A stretch of 64,000 bases of DNA from Balanoglossus misakiensis (lineage: Eukaryota; Animalia; Hemichordata), in contig CM082583.2 in NCBI GenBank assembly GCA_040954595.2, positions 3,791,060-3,855,059 on the forward strand, written 5' to 3'. Position 1 is the stretch's first letter; every line of letters begins with the position of its first letter. The notes under the pieces are model-generated. The model saw nothing but the letters and a program-made list of their open reading frames with translations. It was not told the origin of the DNA and made no database searches. A program made the position numbers and the translations under genes. Shown here one piece after another: positions 1-12,024 of the stretch.

Positions 1-183
1 GGATGGAAAAACATTGTACAGAAATAATTTTATTCTGGTAAAATGCTGTTTTCTAACGGAATATTTCCATTGTTGCTTACTGTTTCTGGGCTTCATTTTA
101 GTGCCAGTGTCTTCAACTCTCATGTAGTAGTTCAGCTGTACTTTTATTCTTTTATATTTCTCATTATTTTTGTTTCTTTTCAG

Positions 184-327
184 GGACCATTGAATCTGTC
201 CATAGTTCTTGACGTGACGTACAAAGGCAATGTCTTCAAAGCCAAACATCGTCTGGATCTTCCAGAGCCACTGATCGCCCGATCGGAAATATTCAAAAGG
301 CGGCCAGTGGAACACAGTTATCCATAA
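184..327 (+). CDS. Probable terminal coding exon of an unidentified gene that begins upstream of the window
   Basis: Long pyrimidine tract ending TTTTCAG at 183, then an open frame GPLNLSIVLDVTYKGNVFKAKHRLDLPEPLIARSEIFKRRPVEHSYP-TAA with higher GC than flanks. Frame is not fixed because the upstream exon is missing. Confidence 0.55.
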   Translation, partial: GPLNLSIVLDVTYKGNVFKAKHRLDLPEPLIARSEIFKRRPVEHSYP

Positions 328-469
328 CACTGATTTGGCACATCTCTGAGTTGATAATGTCATCCATGCTTGAAGAAGTCTTCCAAGATAAAAAAAACCC
401 CACTTAGCTTAGGTTGATTTTGATAAGAACAAGAACACAAGTTTACTCAACCAAGTAATAATCCGTAAT

Positions 470-685
470 AGACACGAGAATGAAAAACTCGCCTAATTGG
501 TGTTTACCATTTATTCATTTTGGCAAGATTTTTACTCTCATACCCTACAAACAGGATGGAAGTTGTGTGTGGTTAAACGTTGATTCACTATATATCCACA
601 TGTAGAGTACAGTAACATAAATGGTGTCTTGTAGCAAACATATTTCATGGAAAAAGGGGCAGCGAGAGAGACTTTGTCCCTTTAA
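470..685. mobile_element. Dispersed repeat, right-end fragment of a TTAA-target (Kolobok-like) non-autonomous DNA element, copy 1
   Basis: Shares ...GGAAGTTGTGTGT...TATATCCACATGTAGA...GGGCAGCGAGAGAGACTTTGTCCCTTTAA with copies at about 7320-7579 and 17745-17926; ends in CCCT-TTAA. Confidence 0.7.
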
Positions 686-741
686 TGGTGGTTTTAAAAA
701 CATGACAGTTAGGCTGAAAAATGTTAAAACGTGTTGAAATT

Positions 742-1101
742 TTAAAGGGACAAAGTCGCTAACTTTTAACATTATTGTAGTTATTTTTATTTCTTGTGTT
801 TGGATATTTATGTTATTCTGATCACTGAAACATGCTAAATAACTATTTGGTACAACTTAACCCACTTCCTGAACGTGAGTATAACATGAGAATTTGTGTG
901 CAGTATTATTTTTGGTACTGACCATAAATTATGTGATGGAAGTATTTACATGTAATTAATGTCCATGCATGTATGTGTTTTGAAGGGGAGTCACAATGAC
1001 AGGTCATTGCACATTTTTCAGTAAATAGAACATAAATAGCCCATGGAATGAAAGAAAAAATAGCCAAACTGATATCAAAAGTTACTGATTTTGTCCCTTT
1101 A
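742..1101. mobile_element. MITE with imperfect terminal inverted repeats (Kolobok-like)
   Basis: Left end TTAAAGGGACAAAGTCGCTAACTTTT; right end AAAAGTTACTGATTTTGTCCCTTTA; non-coding interior. Confidence 0.6.
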
Positions 1102-3287
1102 GTAAGTGTTTGTAGACTGATGTATTGGTGAGATTAGTTGAAAGTAGTGCTTGAACAAATAGAACAGAAATGCTCAGCTACTGAAATCAGGCATAAAACC
1201 TCATAATCATGTCTTTCTACCCCAAAAAGAGGTGGCCATGGGCCTCTTGAAATGTTACAATCCAGATGTACAAGGCAAACACACACATAAACATACAAAG
1301 TAAAGCAGAACTTAATTTGTTTTTTAATGCTATTATGTTTAGTGAGATTCATTTCAGTCACATACATGTACAATCATGAGTGTTGTGTGGACATGTGCAT
1401 AAGACTGAAGGATCCATCTCTTGAAAGCCATTGCATCTTCAGAACACACTTGCCTCATAGCAGACAGTCAAGGGACTTGACAGGTGGCCGTTATACACAG
1501 GTCAATTATTAATGCACATGTAAATTGCACAGGACTGTATAAAAGTGGCCACTAACACATTGTCGACTGTAGTTTAAGAGTGTGCATTCGAAAATTATTG
1601 ACTTGATATGATGCTATTGAGCAATATATTGTCATTATTGCAAAGTATACAGATTTTAAAAAAAAATGATATACACTGTAATAAGAAAAGTTGCGAGTGT
1701 TCTTTTCAAAGAACCCAGTGTTAATCTTATAGTCATTCACATAGATAAACCTCCTTTATATCATATTTACTTAAATAAAACATTTACATGAAAGTCATTG
1801 TGATTGTGTGATACAGAGTCAACAAATGTTGAATGGTATATTCCTCATTCTGTGTCGGAGCAAATTTGTTATTTTCCTTATGTTGGCCTACAGTATGTAA
1901 TTGATTATTTGAAGAAAGTTTCAATTTGTTAAATAATCCAGAAATATTTTATGAAATTATAATTGTATTAAAACCAGTGACTGATTTTTTTAGCAAAATA
2001 AATCTTGAAGTAAATCATGACAAATACTTTTGTGTTTTATTGTCATTTTATTATTCATTTTATCTAAGCAGACTGCTGATTGAACATTTAAACAAGTACC
2101 CAAAAGACAGAAGTATTTTAAGACCTACTGGGTCAAATAGCCTTCCCAATTTTTTCTAGTAATTTCACTTTTTCTATTTGTGTCATATGTGACGCATGTG
2201 TCTTGCCTGTCAGTAGTCTGTAGACCAGAAGTTGTTCCTCTAATAACTTGAAAACCACTGTGTCCAGTATGTGATCTTAGGGAAATCACTTACAATTTAC
2301 TGTCAATTTATTTAAGCTATTCTGGATGTTAGCAATGATTGCCTGATTTTGCTTGCTCTGTAAAAGCTGCTTGTCATCCGCAAAAGTATATCATTCACCG
2401 CGTGTTTCTTGACAACATTGTACAGGACAAAGAAAATAGGTCCATGAATAAAACCCTAGGGCACTCCAAATGAAAGAAGCCCTCAAAGATTTATAACTGA
2501 ACTGGTCCTTTCTTACTTTCACACACCGCAATTTCAACATTTCCCAAAAAATCAACCAGTCATAACCAGATGCAATTTTTATCAACTTTAATGTAAGCAA
2601 TACTACACAGTATTACAATCTAATGATGTGAAAAAAAGTTACAGATCCTATCCCAGTTACTGGAAAGTCTTATAAGCATAGCAGACAGAAATCATAAAAA
2701 CAAACAATCTAGCGGCCGATACAGCTCTGCTGTGGTACTTTTAATTATAAACAAGATTCATGTACATTTTATGCTTCAGAATTAAATGTACAGCTCTAAT
2801 AACCAACAATTCAATGAGTGTATTATGTCACATGAGATCTCCATAAAATCCAAATAATGTAAAAAGTAAGGGACTTTGCAATGAATCAAAAAAATAACAC
2901 TGCCTTAATTAAAATTCTCCCACTCAAAAATTAGTTTACAGAGCGGCAAGAGATGTATTTGGATAATACCCCTACAACCTTCACTGTGTATATATACAAT
3001 TTCAGTTCCATTGAATGAAACCTATAAAAATAACTTGGCAAGAGATATTATCAATAATTTTTTTGTATAAAATTGCTGGCCACATTTGCAATGATAACAT
3101 CGTGTGTGCTTGGGTAGACATGATTTAATCAATGTTACCTTTACTTACGATGATAGAAAATGTTGCCTAGGTGGAAGCAGGCATATTGATGTCACACATC
3201 CCAAACTGAAATTTCAGTCTGCAATAAAGCTTTGCTCAACAGAAAGCAAGTGTTGACTTTGTCGAAGAATGGATTACAAAATGTAAA

Positions 3288-6200
3288 CTAGAGTTCATCA
3301 TGTTCCGAGAATTCTTCTTCAGGCCTTGGTGGGTAAAAGACTTCTTTGGCTACTGATGAAAATAACAGTGCAAACTGTTCAGCAGGATACTTCAGTATTT
3401 CATCCAAAGTAACAATAGTGTCCTTATTTTCATCCAGAACTTCAAATGCCTACAGTAATAAATTAGAATAAAGTAAAAATGAACATGATTATTACGGCCA
3501 AATATGTATTTGTAACATGAAAACTGTAGATGCTCTTGGGGACAGTTGTCCATCAGCAGTGTTCTATGTTCAACCGTGGTTTGAGAAGAAAATATATGTT
3601 CAGTAGAGAAACGAGAAAATTCATGTATATTTGATACACCTCCTAAACTGGAGTTGTGTAATGGCAAAACCCAAAACCCTTAGAGGTAGGATTTTTCTGC
3701 ACCATTAAAGATTTTCCAAATGATTAATTTTTGATGGTGACCAGAAGAGCAGACTATGCTAATACTGTACAACAGGATTCAGATATTGGATTCGGTTCTT
3801 TAGTGTGTGATAAAAATAACCAGCCTAAGAAGCCAGATTACTGAGCCAAATCATTGTGTGTATTTGTATCTAATGAATATTCATAACAAACTGAGTAGAT
3901 GAAGATCCCAGTGTCACTTGCTGTTCAATGGAGGACATAGAAAAAAACTGCCATGTAATTTCATGGAATGAGGTCAAACTTGGCCAGATTGGAGCAAGAG
4001 TGTTACATTATAAAATCATCACAACCACTCATCTCCTCTTTTACAACCCTTTCACCACCATGGTTCAGTCCAAATCCATTGTTTCCTATGGGAAAGTTGG
4101 ACCTCTATAGATAGAGGGAACTGGGGTGAATGGGTTAATGATACAACAGCAAACAGACAAGTCTCACCCTCATCATTATGACAGTGGGCTTCGAATGGAA
4201 TGAAGGAAAGGGTAATAAATATGCTCAGTTTCATGTACATATATTTTAACGTACATGTACATACACGTCCGTCCATTCTTCCATCCAGAGTTACCTACAT
4301 ACTAACATACAAAGTAACATACACACACACGTACATACAGCTACAATGACATGCAAACATGCAAACACACACATGTACATCCATCCATACATGTACATAC
4401 ATTTAGGCAAGTTCTGTTCGACACCATACAATCAAAATACAAATCCACAGACTAAGGAATTCTTTTTAATCCCCATTCTCGCAAATAAGTTGATACATGC
4501 ATGTAAGCCTGTTCATTAATAATACACAATGTTTAAATAACAATGGCATAGAGCTCTCTCTCTCTCTCTCTTACCTGAACAGCTTCTCTTGAATCACCAT
4601 CTCCAGAAATTATGTACTCAGTTAACTCTTCTTGTGAAATTTCACTTTTTCCAAGTGAATAGAAATGATCATATACTTCTCCCCTATTTTGAAACAAATA
4701 ATAATAAAAACATCAGGTACCGAAAATGGGAATTGTTATAGCCTTGGCTCTGCCATAAGCTTAAACGAAAATGCCACAGATACAAATTTTGTGACCAAAT
4801 AATGCCTCTATGTTTAAGGTCAAACACCACAATTTAGTAGCTAAAAATAGTAACCTTTACTATTCATAACTAACTATTACTTACCTGAACTGTTCATTAC
4901 TATTACCAAACTGGAACGATGACAGTGGTTTGAATTCTGGTAATGGTTCATCTGGACAGCTCTCTTCCTTGAAATTCCATAAGTGCGCAAACCAAATGTT
5001 GACTGCCAGATTTCTGCCAGATGAACTGACTTGGTGAAACCATCTGTAATGAACACCATGCAATACTTAAATGTACAATTACATTGTGGCCAGCAAGTTC
5101 ATCATACAACAAAGTCGCAATATATTTTGGTAGACTGTTCAGAATGTTGTGATATACCTATGCACAAATCTAAGCTGTCACTTTATTGGAGTGAAATAAT
5201 TACTCATTTCTGTGGCTGGTGCAGTCAAAATCTTTAAATCAGTGATGTCTGACAGCCATGTGGTAGAATGAATGGACCATCCCTGCCGCACTCAGCTAAA
5301 CTGCTAGTGGATTGAGTCAGCATTGCGGTGTGTGTGTCTGTGTGTGTGCACGTGCGTGTGTGTGTGTGTTTGTGTCAGATACATGTACATATATAGCCAA
5401 GAACACCAAGATATTTGCATTTCTGAAACAGTATATATTTGTATTCACAGCAAACGAAAACTAAATGTGAATCTAATCAATACTTACTTGTACGGTATAA
5501 AAAGGCAATCAGACGGCTCCATTCGGACAGAGTACCACGGCACATCTTGCAATCCGGGATATTTAACCATATCAACTTTTTCAACATCAACACCACAGAA
5601 ACTCCCCTCAGGATTATCAATGTCAATATGTGATTCTTCTTTCTGGAATTCAAAAATAGTCATGTACCGTAAAATGTAGAATTTGATCTTACACTAATCC
5701 TCTTTATGATTCTTACAAGTGTACATTGTATAAATGTAATTTTTTTACAGTTGGAAAAGACTTGTACTGTTTTCATTGCAATAAAAGAGCATTGGAACTA
5801 CTAGTATTACTTTATTGTTGTCATTATTTATCATGGTTATCCACTCAGAGAGAAGATTTGTCTGATCATATCTTGATCAACACCCACATTTGGTAACAAC
5901 ATGTACCACACGCATTATTGGGTGATATCAAGTCACATGACTTAAGGATCATCATCACAGTGGAGAACAATCTTGGCTATAGATTGTAAAATGGCTTTCC
6001 GACAAACATGGTACATTGTGTAGTCTCTGTGCAAAGATCTTGCTAGTAGAATCAATCTTAGCCTAAAAGCAGTGCACAATTGGCCAGAGTACCAAAAACA
6101 GAGCAAAAACCAGGGGTTTCATCTACACATGTATGCAGGTACTACTACTAGAGTACATGTACATCACTTTGTCATGGGATCTGTACATGTACATGGGTGA

Positions 6201-9200
6201 TAAGATCCCCCATTGGCTACACATCATGTCGTGAGTTATACGTAGATGGTAGACTTTTAAATCGTGGCTCTGAAGTATTTACAATTGCCAACAATTAATA
6301 ACAAAACAAATCAATTATAGACAGTGCACAAACTTGACAAAAGCTTTTCATGACTCACCCTATCAACCATGATGAGATCTTTCTGCCCATCCATCAGACA
6401 GTTGATGTTATCCAGTGCATCAAAGTGTAGAACAGACTTGGTGCCACCACTGCTGAACCATAACACAGCATCCAGCAAGACATCTGTGAAACCTCCACAT
6501 AGCAGACATCTGAGCAGCATGAAATCATCTACAATCAGAACATAACCAGTATATGAATTCCTGTCATGCGATTTCATGAAACACATATTTTCAAAGGATA
6601 TTACAATCTGCACTGTCTTCCAATTTCCAAACAAATTAACCCTTTCACCCCTGTTACATTTTATAAAGGTCCAGCACTGTCATTGAGAACAATGGGGATG
6701 GACCAAACCATGGTGGTGTAAGGGTTCAAACAAGTGAGAAGAGGTGACGCCTTGTTATTTTGAAAATCATTCCTTGTGAGAACTGGCAGAAAAAAAAAAC
6801 ATTTTGATGAGACATCAGTACTATCACAATTTACATTTTACAAACGGTGTAAAGTAAGCCATGATATTGAAAAACGGACAATAGTCAGTGTTTTTAGAGG
6901 CTGGTCACAAAAAAAGAAAATGTTTTACAATAAAGGTGACAGCTATGAAGTATTGAGTTCTAGAACCATAATCTTTGGCTTTTATATACATGTAGGCTGA
7001 AGGGAAATTATGGTGTCTACAAGATTTCTATTTCCATATTGAAAATGACATTTACCTAAATATAACCTTTTCAGTGGCTTTATCTTTATGCAAACATGTT
7101 TATACAAGCAATGGTTCTAACATTGACAATGAAACAGTGGGTTAAAAAAGTATTCTCAACACACACAGTTTGTAGGCTTTTTCTGTGGTGTACATAACTT
7201 CAATTTCAAATATCATATATGCATAGTTGACAATGTTTTCCAATCTTCTGGATTAACTTGCTTTAAGAGCTGGCAGGTTCCAAAATTTGTTATTAGGGAC
7301 ATTCAATCGAAGTCAAGTAAACATTCGACAACTCACAACTTCCATCCTGTTTGTAGGATAAAGTAAAAATCTCGCCAAATGAATAAATGGAAAATACCAA
7401 TTATGCATTTTGGCGAGTTTTTTACTCTCGTGTCTACAAGTGGGAAGGAAGTTGTGTGTTGTTGAACGTAGATTCAATGTACAACCGGTATATCCACATG
7501 TAGAATAACATAAACGGTGTCTTGTATCAAACATAATTAATAGGAAAAGGGCAGCGAGAGAGAGACTTTGTTCCTTTAATAGGCAAAGAGGATAGCATGC
7601 ATGAATTTTGACACAGAGTGGGTGGTAGCAGTGCTGATTTGTTGAATAAACTTTGCCTTTTTGTGAGTGAAAACATATTGTCTGTACTTTGAGAATTGCG
7701 TGTGTATTGGTTTGATTTGATTTCCAGACTTTCCCTTCTTTCAAGCCATATAAGCAGTCGCTGTGTAACAACCCTCAGGCAACTGTGTACATGTAACCAG
7801 TACATGATCCGATTATTAGCAGACTAACATTTAAAAATCAACATTTTATCATACTGCATTATTCAGATCCACTATAGAATTTCAGATCAAGCCATAAATA
7901 TATAATGCCTTGGGGATTACCATGACAAATTCGTGATATTTTGATTTCTTGACTTATCAGATAATATAACAGACAGGGAAAGGATGAAGATTATAAATTT
8001 GAAGATTATAAATTTTTTATTGTGCGCCATAATTCAAATTTGGCTAATCTTTTTGGAGATGTATTCCATATTAATTTTTCAATAACCAGTCTTCTCATCA
8101 GTGCTGAGCAAATCCACTAGTTTTGAGCTTAAACAGTCTGAGTCAAGAAATTCTTATGGCTGCCTCTGGTGAATAAGATTTATTTTTCTCAAAACAGCCT
8201 GACAAACTTTCTGATATTCATAGAAATATTGTCTTGCAGAGCTAGTAAAGAACACAATGTTGATCAGTGAATTTTTGGGACAACTAGCCAAATGATCGGA
8301 CTAGGACTCATGTAACTACTGTAATAGTACTACATGTACTATCCGGAGAAATACATCTAAGCCATAGTTTGATGACATGTTGCTCAGTCCTCATTAGATA
8401 AGGCTAAATATATAGAAGTAGTTTAAATTCACTCGAATGGAAATAAGCACATGTTTGCTATGTTCCCATTGGTCAATCAGACTTAAAGGTATACGGTCAC
8501 CTATACAAATTTAGCCACAGTTACCATGGTAAATCGAGATCTAACCAATCACAGATTTTCAGTGGGTGGCACACGCGAAAATAAAGCGTTCTTTAGAACA
8601 CTCAAATACGCCATTTCAACTATATATGGCGATATGTAAATTGGAGGTGACTGTATACCTTTAAATTTAGACTAACTTAAAATAGTGATAGTTGTCATTT
8701 TGGGAATAGGTTGGGCTCTGTCCACACTTACCAGTACCCCGACCTTCAGGGCCATTGTAAATTTACTGTACTTTGTGACTTCCGACCTGTCAAAGTTCAA
8801 ATTGGCAGATTTGAATAGTATGGCGAACTGCTTCTACTGGTCATGATTTTTTTTCCATTTTTACACACAAGAAGGGCAAATATGATACCACTCATCATTT
8901 ACATCATCAGAGACATCTTCACCATTTTTGGGATACAGGGAGCTGGGATATATTGACATTTTACTGGCCCAGCTTTTATGGGGGGAGAGGATATACTATA
9001 CCCTGACAAAGTCAATTTATGACTTGAAACAGTGTTGATAAGACACTTACCTTTCATAGCATCATGTAAACTTTCCACCATGTATACATCAGATGTGTTA
9101 TAGATATCCAGGAAACGTGAAAGTGTCATATGAAATAAATTAAGAGATCGGTTCTCTTTCTTGCCTTCTTCAACTTCTACCTCAATATCACCATAGTTAT

Positions 9201-10285
9201 CCCTTTAAAACAAAAAGAAAGAGTCTTTAATTAATTAAGGAAGGCATCAAAAGATTTAAAAAAAACATTTGAAAACGTTCTCCTTTCCGGACAATACAGT
9301 ACCAATATGTAATTTGTAGGATACTTGTACGTGTAATATATCTTCCCACTGACTGTCATTCAAGCGTCTAGTCATCATTCAAACAATCTTTATCATAATC
9401 AACACTTGCTGCGGTTCCATAGCCCCACCACTTCCCTGTTCGTAGGTTCTCCCAACAATGCAGATGGGGACTCGGTAGGCTGTGAGACCGTAGCAAGTCA
9501 ACACACACTGGGAGATCCACTCCGTGGGTACATGTACAGGCAGCTTGGGAAATGGGATTAACAACCCAATGATCGAATAATAAGGTTATATTTTCAGTGT
9601 TCTCCCCAGAGCAATGAAAGCATAGTGGCCACTACTCTTTTAATTTGGGAAGACAATAGAACATAATTAACATAACAACTGTTAATCTTGTTATGCAAAT
9701 AAGTCATTTCTCTCTGACTCTCAGAAATTCCTGGGGAGAACACTGAGTTTACACAAATTTATATTGTATTGTAATTTAAAATCTAAAAACAGACTTTTAC
9801 TGTTCGCCTAGTATTTTTGGACTTAAATCTAGCTGACTTCAGTCAGTTCATTCTCGAATATCGCATGCTATAGAATAGCGATATTTCTGTGAAGCCCTAC
9901 TATGACCGAGTACTGCGAGTTCGTACGTGCGTCTTGCAGTACATTTGACTATATACTCTTACCTGAGATAGCTATCTTTCCAGTTTTGGAATGCTTTCAT
10001 ATTTTTGGCCGCTCCGCGAAAAAGGACAGGTTTACCCGGAGAGAGATATTTTTCAAAGAAGGTGTGCGGGTCGGGTACGCTATCTAAAATGTCTATGGTA
10101 CCCTCTGATGGTCTGTGCGACCCGAGGGGTTTCATGTGGCCGGGCAAGTTGGCCGCAGGTGCCGAGTTCTCCACAACCGTATTTGGTGGTCCGGCATCGA
10201 TTTCACTTGAGTTGGCGATGGTCGAAAGAATCACGACTAGGAGTAGGGGGTAGTTCCTTGATATCATTTTCGGGACATCAGCCAT
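3288..10285 (-). CDS. Secretory-pathway JmjC (cupin_8-type) 2OG/Fe(II) oxygenase with C-terminal EF-hand and HDEL; 409 aa, 7 coding exons
   Basis: Exons 10285-9963, 9202-9051, 6528-6359, 5642-5488, 5043-4885, 4683-4575, 3449-3288; all GT-AG, phases consistent, 1230 nt total. Hydrophobic leader LLLVVILSTIANS; JmjC motifs KPVLFRGAAK..W, WFSSGGTKSVLHFDALDNINCLMDGQKD, DCLFIPYKWFHQV, NLAVNIWF; EF loop DENKDTIVTLDE; ends SEHDEL-stop. Confidence 0.92.
4045..4138. mobile_element. Short MITE with AACCCTTTCACC/GGTGAAAGGGTT-type ends (piggyBac-like), copy 1
   Basis: Terminal inverted repeats, TTAA at one end; same interior (CCATGGTT..GTCCAAATCCATTGTTT) at 6636-6727 (inverted) and 53488-53586. Confidence 0.65.
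5328..5375. repeat. (TG)n microsatellite, imperfect
   Basis: Direct reading of sequence in JmjC gene intron 4. Confidence 0.9.
6636..6727. mobile_element. piggyBac-like MITE, copy 2 (inverted)
   Basis: TTAACCCTTTCACC...GGTGTAAGGGTT; interior is the reverse complement of the 4045 and 53488 copies. Confidence 0.6.
7320..7579. mobile_element. Kolobok-like repeat fragment, copy 2
   Basis: Homologous to 470-685 and 17745-17926; internal inverted repeat AAAAATCTCGCCAAATG / CATTTTGGCGAGTTTTT; ends CCTTTAA. Confidence 0.7.
8483..8664. mobile_element. Complete MITE with TTAA target duplication (Kolobok-like)
   Basis: TTAA at 8483-8486 and 8661-8664 flank TIRs AGGTATACGGTCACCT / AGGTGACTGTATACCT; a diverged relative lies at 29563-29736. 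Confidence 0.8.
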
Positions 10286-10620
10286 CCTCAGCTAGCAATC
10301 ATGGCATAGCAGATCAAACTTCAGCGACAGTTCCGGGAACACTGATTCGAGTTGGCTCCTGCCCTCACACTGACTGCAACAGAATGAATCTTGGGAAATG
10401 CAGAGAATGACGGGAAATCACGTGACATCGGCGTCCATCACGTTGGTGCTGCAGTGGTTGAAGATATTTCTTCATGCCGGGCGAATATTCTCACTAAAAT
10501 CCCAACAAAATATTCCAGTTTGGGCTTTTCTTATGTGAACCGTCCGTACCTGTCGTTCACGGTAAGTCCTGACCTCATGAATTATTCCGCACGTGGTGCG
10601 GCGCGGCGAGGCACTGTTCC
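10286..10620. promoter_or_regulatory. Bidirectional promoter region shared by the JmjC gene (-) and the ZNF gene (+), including the probable non-coding first exon of the ZNF gene
   Basis: CpG-rich island between divergent genes; TCACGTGAC at 10418-10426, CACGTG at 10590-10595; consensus donor G|GTAAGT after 10561 that can splice to the acceptor TTTTTCAG at 12021, 3 nt before the ZNF ATG. Confidence 0.65.
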
Positions 10621-12024
10621 CGAGTTCACACTTCATTAATTATGCAATGCATACAAAAGCACGGCGATCGCGAAGTGCATTGTAAAAGTGGTAAATACAT
10701 CGAAGTAGATTTAGTGATTATCCTGGCCGATTGGAAGTTAATATGCCAAAAAAGGGGGAAATAACATTTTCATCTTATGATGTTTGTAGCTAGTTTGAGA
10801 AAACCATTTAATGACCTTGAAGTTGAACTGCATCATGCATGCACATGCATGAATCGTGACACACCTACACCAAGTAGCCTGTCATACAACTAGCCCTACT
10901 GGTATGGCCAGTGTCAGGCTTTGGCTGTGCCTTCCTACTCCCCAGTGGAGGCCGTGCAGCCTGGCACTCGACCCATGTATGCCATACCAATAGGGTTTTA
11001 ACCAGTTTGAGAGATGACTTCAGTTTGTAAGACGTCAATAACGGTCATTAGGGTGAAGGGTGGTTTGTTCTTGATAATGACAAAGTGACAAAACAGGTTC
11101 TTTTCACATATAAACACAGCAATGTGGTACTAAAGCCATACCCATTGCAGTGACAGCATTGTGTGCACTGTGCATGTGCTCACCAAATACCATCAGGGAA
11201 TTCATTTTCCCACAATGCAGTGCGCTGGCTGTGTCCACTTCATATGCAAACAGAACATGGAGGTCACCTTGTCACTCACACAATGAATGTCCTAGTTTTT
11301 GAGTTGCCCCTATACAAGGAGTTTGCATTTGCAATGTTGTGGAAATGTAAAATAATAATTGAATAAAAATAAAACAAGGTGGAGGAGATTCATAGAAATT
11401 GACGGCTTTGGCCATGATGGTACATGTACAGTCAAATGTGTTTAAAATTGTTACATTCTGTTTTCAAGCAGTCATCTTGGTGCAACAACAAAAAACAAAC
11501 TTCATGACCGTCATTTCATTCAGGACGTGTACATGTTGTATTTTATCTGACCCCTATGACCTGGACCAAACCATTTTTAAAAGGGGCAGTTGGCCCTATA
11601 CTGAGGGGCCTGAGGCAAACAATATCCAATGAGACCTTGTATCATTATTCTGGTCAGTTTCAGTGAAGTACTGTATTACTGAGCAGTCATTGTGAGTGAA
11701 AGGGCTAATTATTTACCATGGAACTGGTTTGTTGATGGCTATATATCAACTTCAAATAAAACACACAGCTGGCAGCTAGTGTTGGGTTCTTAGTTACAGG
11801 AGAGATACATGTAATGTTCATGGAGATGTTTTATTTGACCAAGCTTCACAATCACAAATAGTAGACTTGTACCATATTCCACTGTATAAGTAAATGTCTA
11901 TCTAACAAACTTTCTCACAGTTTACCCTTGCTTATTATTTATTTCTATTTTCTCTGCAACTGACGTGGCCTTTGGTTTTAGATTATTAATAAACCTTGCA
12001 GTTTCAATTTCTCTTTTTCAGACA

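Noticed and set aside
11965-12024. Hydrophobic N-terminal extension (MAFGFRLLINLAVSISLFQT) of the 1139-aa ORF, resembling a signal peptide
   Set aside because: It starts at GTG and is the intronic pyrimidine tract and acceptor (TTTTTCAG at 12021); the family signature starts at ATG 12025.
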